From an uncultured Acidobacteriota bacterium (GTDB taxonomy: Bacteria; Acidobacteriota; Thermoanaerobaculia; UBA5066): a stretch of DNA of 64,000 bases. A program made the position numbers and the translations under genes. Numbering within the stretch: the first letter of the stretch is position 1; every line of letters starts with the position of its first letter. Positions 31,869-41,547 of the stretch are shown piece by piece. The DNA is taken from the NCBI GenBank assembly GCA_963779415.1, contig CAVZYA010000001.1, positions 992,001-1,056,000 on the forward strand, in the 5' to 3' direction. The notes under the pieces are model-generated. The model ran no database searches and was not told the origin of the DNA. It worked only from the letters and a program-made list of their open reading frames with translations.

Positions 31869-33061
31869 GTTTCGTCGGGCGGTCCGCCCTTGCGCTTCAC
31901 CGCGAGAATCGCAACGTCGTCCGTCGGGTCGAGTCCCGCGCTGTGGGCCCGAACGGCTTCGGAGATCGAGGAGACCGTCGCCGCGGCCGGCCCGCCGTCG
32001 AGAAGCGCGAGAAGGCGTCGCTCGGAAAAGCGCTCGCCCGAAGGCGCCATCGCGTCCGTGACGCCGTCGGTGTACGCCAGCAGAAGGTCCCCTTCCCAGA
32101 GCCGCTCCTCCCGCGATTCGAACTCCATCCCGGGCATCAGTCCGACGGCGGGCCCCGTGGGCCGCAGACGCTGGGTGTGGCCCGACGGGCGATGGAGTAC
32201 CGGTGGCTCGTGCCCGCCGTTCACGTATGCCAGGAGGCCGGACGCCGGTTCCAGAATGCCGAAGAAGGTCGTCGCGAACATGTTCGCGTCCCCGTGGGTC
32301 CCGGCGACGTAGTCGTTGATCGCGCGGATCGTCCGGCGCGTGATCTCGGCGGGGGTCGCCCCCTCGTCCGCCTCGCGCGTCGCGGCCACCCGGATCAGGC
32401 TCCGGAAGACGGCCATGAAGAGCGCCGCGCCGACCCCCTTGTCGCAGACGTCCGCGACGATGAGGCCGAGGGTCCCCCCCGCCAGATCGAAGACGTCGTA
32501 GAAGTCCCCACCGACCTGCCGCGCCGGACGAAGGAGGGCGGCCAGCTCCCACCCGGGGCAACGGGGGAGCACCCCCGGGAGAAAGCTCGACTGGATGTTC
32601 CGCCCGATCTCCAGCTCGCGCTCGAGGCTCTTCGCGTGGAGCTTCTCGCGGTCGCGGAGGCGCTTCTTCTCGAGGGACGAATCGACCCGCGCCTTCAGAA
32701 GGACGGCGTTGATCGGCTTCGAGAGGTAGTCCGCGGCACCGCGCTCCAGGCACCGGACGACGCTCTCCATCTCGTGAAGCGCCGAGACCATGACGACCGG
32801 AAGCTCCCGGAGCGCCTCGTCGCCGCGAAGGGCCTCGAGGACCTGGACTCCGTCCATCTCCGGCATCATCACGTCGAGGAGCACGAGATCGAAGCTTTCC
32901 CGGCGGATCCGGTCGAGCGCCTCGCGCCCGTCGGAGGCCATCTCCACGACGTGCCCCATCTGGCGCAGCCGCCGCGAGAGGAGGTCACGGTTCGCCTCCA
33001 CGTCGTCGACCACCAGCAGCCGTCCCGGCTCCGGCACCGGGCGCTCCGCTCCGCCGCTCAC
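31865..33061 (-). CDS. Response regulator receiver + PP2C/SpoIIE phosphatase
   Basis: LVVDD...LLDVMMP...SKP; VGGDFYD, ADVCDKG, YTDGV, DDVA. Confidence 0.92.
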   Translation of the reverse strand: MSGGAERPVPEPGRLLVVDDVEANRDLLSRRLRQMGHVVEMASDGREALDRIRRESFDLVLLDVMMPEMDGVQVLEALRGDEALRELPVVMVSALHEMESVVRCLERGAADYLSKPINAVLLKARVDSSLEKKRLRDREKLHAKSLERELEIGRNIQSSFLPGVLPRCPGWELAALLRPARQVGGDFYDVFDLAGGTLGLIVADVCDKGVGAALFMAVFRSLIRVAATREADEGATPAEITRRTIRAINDYVAGTHGDANMFATTFFGILEPASGLLAYVNGGHEPPVLHRPSGHTQRLRPTGPAVGLMPGMEFESREERLWEGDLLLAYTDGVTDAMAPSGERFSERRLLALLDGGPAAATVSSISEAVRAHSAGLDPTDDVAILAVKRKGGPPDET

Positions 33062-33936
33062 GCCGCCGGAGACTGGAGAAGGCGGTGGAGCTGCGGAAGC
33101 TGCTTCTCGGCCGTCCTTTCTCCCTCTTCGATGATGTACGGGATCCTGTCGGTGTCGAACAGATGCAGCCGCTCCCGGAACTCCGGGATGATCGGCAGGA
33201 TCTCCGTGAAGTGCGCGAGGTTGTGGAACGAGTAGTTCGCGCGGAGAAGGTTGTTCGACGTGATGCTGGAGAGCTGGAAGGCGAAGTGGAGGAGGCCGTC
33301 GATCTTCGCCTGGTACGGGCTCTCGAATCCCATCGTGACGATGACGTTCGCGCCCTCCCGGATGGCGACGCCGACGGGCATCGGGTCGGACATGAAGCCG
33401 TCCACGAGCAGCCGGTCGCCGACCTTCCACGGGGTGAAGACGTACGGGATCGAGATGCTCGCACGGAGTGCGTCGAAGAGCCGGCCCTCCGAGAAGACGA
33501 CCTGCTCCCCCGTCCAGAAGTCGGTCGCCGTGAGGAAAAGAGGGATCCGGGCGTCCGCGAAGGTCTTCTCGCCGAAGGCCGTCCGGAGGCGCTGGTTGAT
33601 GAGGCCGTCGTTCACGAGGCCGAAGCGCTCGGAGAAGCCGAAGATCTGCGGCAGCATCGCGCCGAGGACGGCCCGGACGTTCCGCTTCTTCGTCAGCTCG
33701 CGCGTCCAGAGGCGCCGCGTCAGATCAACCGCCTCCTCGACGTCGAGGCCGAGCGCGATCGTCGTGGCATAGAGGCTCCCGCCGCTGCAGCCGACGACGA
33801 GGTCGATCGGGATCCCCTCGCGCTTCAGGACGCGCAGGAGCCCGAGGGCCGCGGCGCACTTCACGCTTCCCGAGCCGATGACCAGCGCGACGCCGCGTTT
33901 CCGTTGCATGGGTCCCTCCCGTCCGCCCCCGCTCAC
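33058..33936 (-). CDS. Patatin-like phospholipase (RssA-like)
   Basis: GSGSVK, GCSGG nucleophile elbow, ASISIP, LVDGF. Confidence 0.88.
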   Translation of the reverse strand: MSGGGREGPMQRKRGVALVIGSGSVKCAAALGLLRVLKREGIPIDLVVGCSGGSLYATTIALGLDVEEAVDLTRRLWTRELTKKRNVRAVLGAMLPQIFGFSERFGLVNDGLINQRLRTAFGEKTFADARIPLFLTATDFWTGEQVVFSEGRLFDALRASISIPYVFTPWKVGDRLLVDGFMSDPMPVGVAIREGANVIVTMGFESPYQAKIDGLLHFAFQLSSITSNNLLRANYSFHNLAHFTEILPIIPEFRERLHLFDTDRIPYIIEEGERTAEKQLPQLHRLLQSPAA

Positions 33937-34271
33937 GCCGCGAAGCTCCCGGCGGCCGCGGCCGTGTCGGGAAAGACCTTCAGGATCCGGGTGAAGCCCG
34001 AGAGGTCGAGCACCCGGAGGACGTCCGGGCGGACGGCCGCGAGGCGCAGGTCCCCTCCGCGCTGCCGCGCCTCCTTCACCGTCTCCAGGAGCGCCCGCAG
34101 GCCGGCGCTCGACATGTAGTCGACGCCCGAAAGGTCGCCCACCAGAAGCACACGCCCCGCGAGGACCTCCTCCCGAAACGAGGCGACGAGGGCCCCCGAG
34201 GTGGAACCGTCCACGCTCCCAGCCACCGCCACCACCGTGACCGGATCCTGCCGTTCGACCGAGACATCCAT
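33933..34271 (-). CDS. STAS-domain anti-sigma factor antagonist (RsbV/SpoIIAA-like)
   Basis: DLSGVDYMSSAGLR with phosphorylatable Ser. Confidence 0.92.
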   Translation of the reverse strand: MDVSVERQDPVTVVAVAGSVDGSTSGALVASFREEVLAGRVLLVGDLSGVDYMSSAGLRALLETVKEARQRGGDLRLAAVRPDVLRVLDLSGFTRILKVFPDTAAAAGSFAA

Positions 34272-34292
34272 GCTGTCGTTCCCCTTTCCGAT

Positions 34293-34721
34293 TCAGCTCC
34301 GCGCGGAGCCGCGCTTCTTCATGAGCGTGAGCCGGTTCTCGCCGTCCGGCGTCCTGTCGTAGTCAACCGTGTCGACGACGGACCGGATGAGATGCCATCC
34401 GAGCCCGCCGATCTTCCTCATCCCGCTGTCGGACTCGAGGTCCGGCGGCGGAGCGTTTTCCGGCGGGAAGTGGCGTCCCCGGTCGCGAATCGTCACGACG
34501 AGCCGCTCCCGGTCCGCCTCGAAGCGGACCGTCACGTTGCCGGCGGGAAGCCCCTTGTGGCCGTGGACGGCGAGGTTCGTTAGGGCCTCGTCGACCGCGA
34601 GCTTCAGGCCGAAGATCTCCATCTCGTCCGCCCGTGCCTTCCGGCACTCCTCCTCGATGAAGGCGCGGACCCGCGGAAGCTCGTCGAGGCGGGCCGCGAA
34701 GGTCCGATCGGCCCCCCTCAC
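34293..34721 (-). CDS. Anti-sigma factor / serine kinase RsbW-like
   Basis: LAVDEALTN, IRDRG, GGLGWHLI, ENRLTL; GTGA overlap with the kinase gene. Confidence 0.88.
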   Translation of the reverse strand: MRGADRTFAARLDELPRVRAFIEEECRKARADEMEIFGLKLAVDEALTNLAVHGHKGLPAGNVTVRFEADRERLVVTIRDRGRHFPPENAPPPDLESDSGMRKIGGLGWHLIRSVVDTVDYDRTPDGENRLTLMKKRGSARS

Positions 34722-36517
34722 GCCACGCGCTCCTTCCGGACCGTCCGGAGCACCGCCGTGAGCCGGTCGCGGTCGACGGGCTTCACGAGCACCTCGGACG
34801 CTCCCTGGGCGAGGCCCCGCTCCCGCTCGTCGGCGATGGTGTGGAGGATGACGGGGATGCGGGCGAGGAGCGCGTCGGCCCGGAGCTCCCGGAGGACGTC
34901 CCAGCCGTCCCGTCCGGGCATGACGACGTCGAGCGTGATGACGTCCGGGTGGAACTCGCGGGCGAGACGGAGTCCTTCGTCTCCGCTCCGCGTCGTCAGA
35001 ACCTGGTAGCCCTCGCGGCCGCAGACGCGGACCATCAGGTCGCACACCGCCGGATCGTCGTCGATGACGAGGAGCCTCCGGAAGAAGATTCCCTGGCTCG
35101 CGAAGGGCTTCGAATCGCCGTTCGACAGGCGCCGGAGCGGCGAGGGCCTCACCGTCGTCGCCTCTCCGTCCACGTTCTCGATCTCCGCCGGGAGGCGGAC
35201 GGTGAAGGTCGAGCCGCGGCACGCCTCGCTCTCGACCCGGATCCCGCCGCCCATCAGTTTGCAGAAGCTCTCGCTGATGGCGAGCCCGAGGCCCGTTCCG
35301 CCGTACTTCTTCATCGTCCCGGCGTCGGCCTGCGTGAAGGGCTGGAAGAGGCGCGTCCTCTGCTCCGGCGTGATCCCGATCCCGGTGTCGCGGACGCGGA
35401 AAACGACCCAGTCCCCTTCCTCGGCCGACTCCCGCGAAGCCTCGAGCGTGACGACGCCCTTCTCCGTGAACTTCCCGGCGTTCGACAGGAGGTTGAGGAG
35501 CACCTGGCGGACCTTCGTGACGTCCTCGCGGAGCGCGCCGATGTCCGGGGGGACCACGACGTCGAAGCGGTTTCCGTTTCTCTCCACGAGAGGGCGCACC
35601 GTGGCCACGACGTCCCGGACGACCTCCGCGACCTCGAACGTCTCGAGGAAGAGACGCATCTTTCCCGCCTCGATCTTCGAAAGATCGAGGACCTCGTTGA
35701 TGAGGCCGAGAAGGTGCCGCCCCGCCCCCTGGATCTTCTTCAGGTCCGCGAGGATCGGCGCCTGCCCGGCGGCCTGCGCGTCCTCAGCGAGGATCTCGCT
35801 GTAGCCGATGATGGCGTTCAGAGGCGTCCGAAGCTCGTGGCTCATGTTCGCGAGGAAGACGCTCTTCGCCTGGTTGGCGGCCTTCGCCGCCTCGTTCGCG
35901 TCGAGGGCCGCCTGGAGGGCCCTTTTCACGATCTCGTAGGTCTCCGCGATCTGCTGGTGCTGGTCCGCGACCTCGTTCTTCGCCTGGACGAGCCGGCGCG
36001 TCTGGGCGAACAAGTGGTAGCCGAAGATCGAGGTGAAGGCGAGCGTCCCCGCCGCCGAGAGGACCGTCGTCAGGAGGCTCGACTCGAAGTGCGTCCGGAA
36101 ACCCGACGAGGCCCCGACGAGGGCCACCCCGAAGGCGAATGCCGCGACGGCGCGGAGCGCGAACCGGGGCCCCGCCACGCTCAGGCTCGCCGCCGTGATT
36201 GACACGAAAAACGCGAGGGCGACGAACGGGTTGAATTCCATCGCCGCGACCCAGGCGCCGGTGAGGAAGGCGTCCACCAGGACGTTCCGGAGCTCGGCCG
36301 CCTTGCTGTCGGCCGCGCGGGCGGCATGAAGACGGGCGAGCTGCGGCCAGGCGAGCGACGTAAAGGCCAGCGCCACCCAGAACCAGATCCCGTGGTCCCG
36401 GTCGGTGAAATCCGAAAGGACGATGACGCCCACGACGAGGTACGTCAGGATCCGGAACCGGTATCCGATCGCGACCAGCGGGTGGAGGCGGCGCTCGGCC
36501 GCGGCGGCTTTCGTCAT
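34718..36517 (-). CDS. Hybrid histidine kinase: MASE2-like membrane sensor + HisKA + HATPase + REC
   Basis: WPQLA...NVLVDAFLTGAWVAAM...AGPR resembles AdrA MASE2; FLANMSHELRTPLN, NLLSNA, DTGIG, GGTGLGL, TLDVVMP. Confidence 0.9.
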   Translation of the reverse strand: MTKAAAAERRLHPLVAIGYRFRILTYLVVGVIVLSDFTDRDHGIWFWVALAFTSLAWPQLARLHAARAADSKAAELRNVLVDAFLTGAWVAAMEFNPFVALAFFVSITAASLSVAGPRFALRAVAAFAFGVALVGASSGFRTHFESSLLTTVLSAAGTLAFTSIFGYHLFAQTRRLVQAKNEVADQHQQIAETYEIVKRALQAALDANEAAKAANQAKSVFLANMSHELRTPLNAIIGYSEILAEDAQAAGQAPILADLKKIQGAGRHLLGLINEVLDLSKIEAGKMRLFLETFEVAEVVRDVVATVRPLVERNGNRFDVVVPPDIGALREDVTKVRQVLLNLLSNAGKFTEKGVVTLEASRESAEEGDWVVFRVRDTGIGITPEQRTRLFQPFTQADAGTMKKYGGTGLGLAISESFCKLMGGGIRVESEACRGSTFTVRLPAEIENVDGEATTVRPSPLRRLSNGDSKPFASQGIFFRRLLVIDDDPAVCDLMVRVCGREGYQVLTTRSGDEGLRLAREFHPDVITLDVVMPGRDGWDVLRELRADALLARIPVILHTIADERERGLAQGASEVLVKPVDRDRLTAVLRTVRKERVA

Positions 36518-36606
36518 CGAGAAATGAAACTGCGTCTCAACGACTCTACCGCAGACGGGCCGGCTCCGTCCCGGAAAAACTCGCCCCCCGGACGGGGACC
36601 GCCGCG

Positions 36607-37065
36607 TCAGGCGGCCGCGACCGGCTGAACGTCGATCGTGAGGCCCACCGTCACGTCCTTGAAGAGCCTGACGTGGACGGTGTGCTCACCGAGGCGCTTG
36701 ATCGGCTCTTCGAGTTCGATGCGACGCTTGTCGACGGTGATCCCCTTGGCCCCGAGCGCCTCGGCCAGCTCCGCCGAGGTGACGGTGCCATAGAGCGTGT
36801 CGTGCTCGCCCGCCTTCTTCCTGAAGACGAGGCGGATTCCCTCGATCGCCTTGGCGATCTCGAGCGCGGCGTCGCGCTCCTTGGCCATCCGGACGTCGTA
36901 CCGCTTTCTCTCCTGCTCGAGCCGCTTGATGTTTCCGGGCGTCGCCGTATAGGCGATCTCCTTCGGGAGAAGAAAATTGCGGGCGTAGCCCGCCGCGACG
37001 TTCACCACGTCGCCGCGCTGTCCGAGGCCCTTGACGTCGTCGGTCAGGATCACTTTCATCGACAT
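36607..37065 (-). CDS. rplI: 50S ribosomal protein L9
   Basis: MKVIL...LG...GYARNFLLP. Confidence 0.97.
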   Translation of the reverse strand: MSMKVILTDDVKGLGQRGDVVNVAAGYARNFLLPKEIAYTATPGNIKRLEQERKRYDVRMAKERDAALEIAKAIEGIRLVFRKKAGEHDTLYGTVTSAELAEALGAKGITVDKRRIELEEPIKRLGEHTVHVRLFKDVTVGLTIDVQPVAAA

Positions 37066-37134
37066 CTCTCCGTTTTGTCCCTGTCGTGTCTCTCTTCTCT
37101 CATCTCCGCCCTCCGTTCGCCGTCCCGGCCTTCT

Positions 37135-38139
37135 TCAAGGCCCGCCGGGGGGCCCGTCCCGCCGTGCCGCGGCCCATCTTTCCACCCGGCCCCGAACGTC
37201 GAGGAACTCGTCGAGGATTCCCCCGAGCGCGAGGACGAGCGGAAGCGGCATCTGAAAGACCACGACCCAGACGAGAGCCCGGAGGAAGAGGCCGGCTCTC
37301 CCCCGCTCGAGAAGAGCGCGGATTATGGCGAGGCCCCGCAGAAAAAACAAGGCAACGAGGGGAAGGATCACGTCCACGGCCGCCTGGCGGGCGGGAGGCT
37401 CCGCGAGGGCCGCGACGATACCGGCCGGGATGAAGGCCACGGCGGCAACGAGGGGGGTCCGGAATCGCGCGAACGACGGCTCCGCGAGTCCTCGGGATTC
37501 GGCCCCCCAGAGCCGGCCGAGCAAATAGACGACGACCCCCCCGAAGAGGACCGCCGCCGCGAGGACGAGCCCCGGGAGCTGCTCGGAGAAGGCCGAGGCC
37601 ATCATGTGGAAGATCCGCCCGGCCGCTTCGACGGCGGACTCCTCCCAGCCGCTCGTCCGGTAGAAAGCGAGGATCTCCGGCACCTTCTCGTCGAAGCGGG
37701 CGGCGAGCCATGGCCCCGGATCCCGGCCCCCCAGCGCGACGCCGAGAAGGATCGCGAGGAGGCCGATCCCCGACACCGCGGCGACGACGAGGAGGACCTC
37801 GTCGCGCCGGCGTCCGTCACGCGCGGAGGCGACGAGCGCCAGAGCGGGGAGCGAAAGGAGCGCCGCGGCGAGGATCGCCGCCGCAAAGGCGCTCCCGGAG
37901 CCGAGGAAAGTCCCTAAGACGAAAGCCGCCGCCGGAGAGAGCGCCGCCATCGCGAAGGCCTCGAGGGCGGTCGGCGCCTCGAACGCCGACCGGGCGAGGC
38001 GCGCCGCCCCGATCGGGACGAGGGCGATCCCCGCCGGCGGGACCGCGATGGTGAGCGCCGCCCCGAGCCCCGCCCAGATCGGGGCGAGGAGGAGGCGGAA
38101 GGAGCGCCTTAAAGATGAAGACATCGGAGCTCGGGACAC
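37135..38139 (-). CDS. DUF2232/YybS-like membrane protein
   Basis: Multi-TM, FFLRGLA and GILDEFLDVR motifs, located between rpsR and rplI. Confidence 0.7.
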   Translation of the reverse strand: MSRAPMSSSLRRSFRLLLAPIWAGLGAALTIAVPPAGIALVPIGAARLARSAFEAPTALEAFAMAALSPAAAFVLGTFLGSGSAFAAAILAAALLSLPALALVASARDGRRRDEVLLVVAAVSGIGLLAILLGVALGGRDPGPWLAARFDEKVPEILAFYRTSGWEESAVEAAGRIFHMMASAFSEQLPGLVLAAAVLFGGVVVYLLGRLWGAESRGLAEPSFARFRTPLVAAVAFIPAGIVAALAEPPARQAAVDVILPLVALFFLRGLAIIRALLERGRAGLFLRALVWVVVFQMPLPLVLALGGILDEFLDVRGRVERWAAARRDGPPGGP

Positions 38140-38196
38140 CGGCGAAAGACGCCGGGCTCGGAGGGGGGCGCTTTGCCCTCCCTCCGGTCCTCCCCC

Positions 38197-38478
38197 TCAG
38201 TCCGCCACGTAGGGAAGAAGCGCGAGGTACCGGGCCCGCTTGATCGCGGCGGCCAGCTTCCTCTGATAGAAGGCGGAGGTGCCGCTGATCCGGCGCGGGA
38301 GGATCTTGGCCCGCTCCGGGACGAACTGCGAGAGGAGCTTCACGTCCTTGAAGTCGATGTAGCCGATCTTCTCGACCGTGAACTTGCAGACGCGCTTGCG
38401 GCGGACGAAGAACTTCTTCTTTCCCCCCTTGCGCGGAGGGCCGCCGGGACCGGAGCCGCTGGACGGATTCGACGACAT
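38197..38478 (-). CDS. rpsR: 30S ribosomal protein S18
   Basis: [27 protein letters not shown]. Confidence 0.97.
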   Translation of the reverse strand: MSSNPSSGSGPGGPPRKGGKKKFFVRRKRVCKFTVEKIGYIDFKDVKLLSQFVPERAKILPRRISGTSAFYQRKLAAAIKRARYLALLPYVAD

Positions 38479-38499
38479 GGCTTTCTTCTCCTTCCCCTC

Positions 38500-38931
38500 T
38501 TACTCGCGCGGCGGCTCGGCCGCCGGGGCCTCGGGAGCCGCGGGCGCGGCAGGCGCGGCTTCGACGGAGGTCGACTCCGTCCGGCGCGGCAGGCGCGGCT
38601 TCGTTCGCCGGGCGACTTTCTGGCCGTGGCGCATCTCCTCGTCGACGCGGACCGTCAGGTAGCGGAGGACGCTCTCCGAGAGCCCGAGCTTCCGCTCGAC
38701 TTCCCGGACGCAGGCGCCCGACCCGTTGAAGAGGAAGTTGTGGTAGGTCGCTTCGTTCTTCTTTCGGATCGTGAAGGCGAGGCGGCGGCGGCCCATCGTC
38801 TCGTCCTTCTGGAGGGTGGCGCCGTTCTCGAGCAGGAGCTTGCGGAACTCGTCGATGACGGCCGCCGTTCCCTGCTCGTCCTTCTCGGGCGTCACGAGAA
38901 AGACCATGTCGTAGAGGCGTTCCTGGGGCAC
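38500..38931 (-). CDS. rpsF: 30S ribosomal protein S6
   Basis: YDMVFLV, GRRRLAFTI, VLRYL; AGGAGG SD. Confidence 0.95.
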   Translation of the reverse strand: MPQERLYDMVFLVTPEKDEQGTAAVIDEFRKLLLENGATLQKDETMGRRRLAFTIRKKNEATYHNFLFNGSGACVREVERKLGLSESVLRYLTVRVDEEMRHGQKVARRTKPRLPRRTESTSVEAAPAAPAAPEAPAAEPPRE

Positions 38932-38934
38932 GGG

Positions 38935-39018
38935 GGGTACCTCCTTCCGGATCGCGGGGACCTTTCGGCCCCGCGAGGCACGGCGTTGGACCTCGGGTCC
39001 GGTGCCGGGCCAAGGGTT
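38935..39018 (-). ncRNA. Probable S6:S18-binding rpsF leader RNA
   Basis: CCCTTG at 5' side able to pair with AAGGAG SD, adjacent CCG, internal GAAA-capped stem. Confidence 0.6.
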
Positions 39019-39023
39019 GTCGA

Positions 39024-39614
39024 TCAGTTCTCCGGCAGCTCCTCCGGAGAACGGTTGAAACGGTTCATGGCGGCGTCGATCCCCTCGGCCACGAAGAGCT
39101 CGAGGGCCTCGGCGGCCGACGCGATCGCCTCGTCGATGACGGGGCGCTCCTTCTTCGAGAAGCGGGAGAGAACGTAATCGTCCTTCGGCTCGCCGGGCTG
39201 GAAATTCTCGCCCCTCACGCCGAGACGCACCCTCGGGATCTCGTTCGTCCCGAGACAGTCGAGGACGGACTGGAGCCCCTTCTGGCCGCTCGACGACCCG
39301 GAGCGCCGGATCCGGAGCGATCCGACGGGAAGCGCGACCTCGTCGAGGACGACGACGAGGCGCCCGGTCGGGACCTCGTACTTCGTCGCGAGCCCCTTCA
39401 CCGACTCCCCCGAGAGGTTCATGTACGTCTGCGGGCGAGCGACGAGGACGGGGGTCTCCCCCACGCGGACGCGTCCCGTCAGCGCCCGGCAGTCGAGCCG
39501 GTCGAGACGTACGGCGCCCCCGGCCACGCGCCTGGCAAACGCCTGCACGGCGTCGAAGCCGACGTTGTGCCGCGTCCCGGTGTACCGGTCGCCGGGGTTG
39601 CCGAGTCCCACCAC
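39024..39614 (-). CDS. pth: Peptidyl-tRNA hydrolase
   Basis: VGLGNPG, TRHNVG, PQTYMNLSG, AMNRFN; start approximate. Confidence 0.95.
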   Translation of the reverse strand: MVGLGNPGDRYTGTRHNVGFDAVQAFARRVAGGAVRLDRLDCRALTGRVRVGETPVLVARPQTYMNLSGESVKGLATKYEVPTGRLVVVLDEVALPVGSLRIRRSGSSSGQKGLQSVLDCLGTNEIPRVRLGVRGENFQPGEPKDDYVLSRFSKKERPVIDEAIASAAEALELFVAEGIDAAMNRFNRSPEELPEN

Positions 39615-39637
39615 GAGGACGAGCTCCTGTCCGCCGA

Positions 39638-40396
39638 TTACTTCTTCTCCTTCTTCTCGGCCTTGGCCGGCTTCTCGGCCTTTACCGGCTTCTCGGCCTT
39701 GCCCGGCTCGGCCGCGGCCTCCTCCGTCTCCTTCTTCCCCTTCTTGATCACCTCGGGCTCGGACGGAGTCTCCGGGACAGCGCCCTCGACGGCCGTCGTC
39801 GCCGCAGCCACGACCTCCTCGGCGCGCGGCATGCCGACGTGGACGACGACGCGGTCCGGCGCCTCGAGGATCCGCAGCTTCGCGTCGAGCTTCAGGTCGC
39901 CGGCGCGCACGGCCTCGCGCGCGTGGAGGTGGGAGACGTCGACCTTGATCGAGGCGGGGATGTCGGCCGGAAGGCACTCGATCTCCAGCTCGTGGGTGAC
40001 GACGTTCAGGAGGCCCCCTTCGTTCTTGACGCCGACCGCGATCCCCTCGCACTCGACGGGGACGGCCACGCGGAGCTTTCTGTCGAGAAGGATCCGGACG
40101 AAGTCGACGTGGAGAAGCTCGCGCGAGATGGGGTCGATCGCCATGTCGCGGATCATGACGTGCCGCTGCTGATCGGTCCCCTTCAGGGCCAGCTTGAAGA
40201 TGGCGTTTTCGGAGAGGCCCTTCCGCAAAAGGCTCACCAGAGTCTTCCGGTCGACCTTCAGGGCGAGGGTCTCCATCTCCTTCCCGCCTCCGTAGATGAC
40301 GGCCGGGATCTGATCGACGGCGCGCAACCGGTTCGCGGCGTTCTTTCCGGTCTCGTGGCGGCGCTCCACCTCTACGACGATGTTCTCCTGGATCAT
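39638..40396 (-). CDS. rplY: 50S ribosomal protein L25/Ctc
   Basis: IPAVIYG, LHVDF, GVKNEGG, EPEVIKKGKK. Confidence 0.96.
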   Translation of the reverse strand: MIQENIVVEVERRHETGKNAANRLRAVDQIPAVIYGGGKEMETLALKVDRKTLVSLLRKGLSENAIFKLALKGTDQQRHVMIRDMAIDPISRELLHVDFVRILLDRKLRVAVPVECEGIAVGVKNEGGLLNVVTHELEIECLPADIPASIKVDVSHLHAREAVRAGDLKLDAKLRILEAPDRVVVHVGMPRAEEVVAAATTAVEGAVPETPSEPEVIKKGKKETEEAAAEPGKAEKPVKAEKPAKAEKKEKK

Positions 40397-40483
40397 GGGG
40401 GCGTCCTTTCTTCGGGCGTCCGGTCCGGGGCGTTCCTCACCGGGCGGACGGTCCGGTCTCGCGAGCGGCGGAGTATAGCCGAA

Positions 40484-41437
40484 TCAGACGAAGAGCGAGG
40501 AGACCGATGCGCCCTGGTGAATCCGCTGGATCGCCTCGGCGAGGAGCGGCGCCACGGAGAGAGGGGAGAGGAGCGGGCAGCGCGAGAGCTTCTCGTCGAC
40601 CGGCAAGGTATTGGCGCAGAAGACCTTCTCGATCGAAGAGGCGTTGATCCGGTCGATCGAGGGCCCGGAGAGGACGGGGTGGACGCACCCGGCGAAGATC
40701 CGGTTCGCCCCGGAGTCCTTGAGCGCGATGACCGTGTTGATGAGCGTTCCGGCAGTGTCGATGATGTCATCCACGACGACGACGTTCCGTCCCTTCACGT
40801 CGCCGATGACGTGGAGGACCTCGACCTCGTTCTTCCCCTTCCGCCTCTTGTCCACGATGGCGAGCTGGGCGCCGAGGCGCTTGGCGAAGGCACGCGCCCG
40901 CTCGACGCCTCCGGCGTCCGGCGAGACGACGGTGAGCGGGTCGACGTTCATGTCGCGGATCGCGTCGAGGAGTACGGGCGCCGCAAAAAGATGGTCCACG
41001 GGGATGTTGAAGAAGCCCTGGATCTGCGCTGCGTGCAGGTCGATGCAGAGGGCGCGGTCGGCCCCGGCCGCCGTGACAAGGTCGGCGATCAGCTTCGCGG
41101 TGATCGGGACGCGCGGCTTGTCCTTCCGGTCCTGACGGGCGTAGCCGTAATACGGAAAGACGGCCGTGACGCGCGACGCCGACGACCGTTTGAACGCGTC
41201 GAGCATGATCAGGAGTTCGACGAGGTTCGCATTCACCGGCGGGCACGTGGGCTGGACGATGAAGACGTCCGCGCCGCGGACGTTCTCCTCGATCTGGCAG
41301 TAGTTCTCGCCGTCGGAGAAGTTGTAGAGCGTGACGCGGCCGGCCTCACGCCCGAGGTTCCGGCAGATTTCCGCCGTCAGCGCCGGGTGCGCCCGCCCGC
41401 CGAAGACCTTCAGGTCACCGTAAGCGAAGCCGTCCAT
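40484..41437 (-). CDS. prs: Ribose-phosphate pyrophosphokinase
   Basis: FSDGE, YGYARQDRK, DLHAAQIQGFF, SPDAGG, VDDIIDTAGT. Confidence 0.98.
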   Translation of the reverse strand: MDGFAYGDLKVFGGRAHPALTAEICRNLGREAGRVTLYNFSDGENYCQIEENVRGADVFIVQPTCPPVNANLVELLIMLDAFKRSSASRVTAVFPYYGYARQDRKDKPRVPITAKLIADLVTAAGADRALCIDLHAAQIQGFFNIPVDHLFAAPVLLDAIRDMNVDPLTVVSPDAGGVERARAFAKRLGAQLAIVDKRRKGKNEVEVLHVIGDVKGRNVVVVDDIIDTAGTLINTVIALKDSGANRIFAGCVHPVLSGPSIDRINASSIEKVFCANTLPVDEKLSRCPLLSPLSVAPLLAEAIQRIHQGASVSSLFV

Positions 41438-41458
41438 CGCGCCCCTCCTCGACGAGTG

Positions 41459-41533
41459 TGGCTGGGGAGGGAGGATTCGAACCTCCGAATGGCGGTTCCA
41501 AAGACCGCTGACTTACCGCTTGTCGACTCCCCA
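41459..41533 (-). tRNA. tRNA-Gln(TTG)
   Basis: TGGGGAG acceptor, anticodon arm GCGGT-CTTTGGA-ACCGC, GGTTCGAATCC, CCA; conserved ispE-prs position. Confidence 0.96.
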
Positions 41534-41547
41534 CCGCTTTTCGAATC

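Noticed and set aside
39614-39640. Possible ATC start codon for pth
   Set aside because: A GTG with an AGGAG SD at 39614 suffices, and a base error is also possible.
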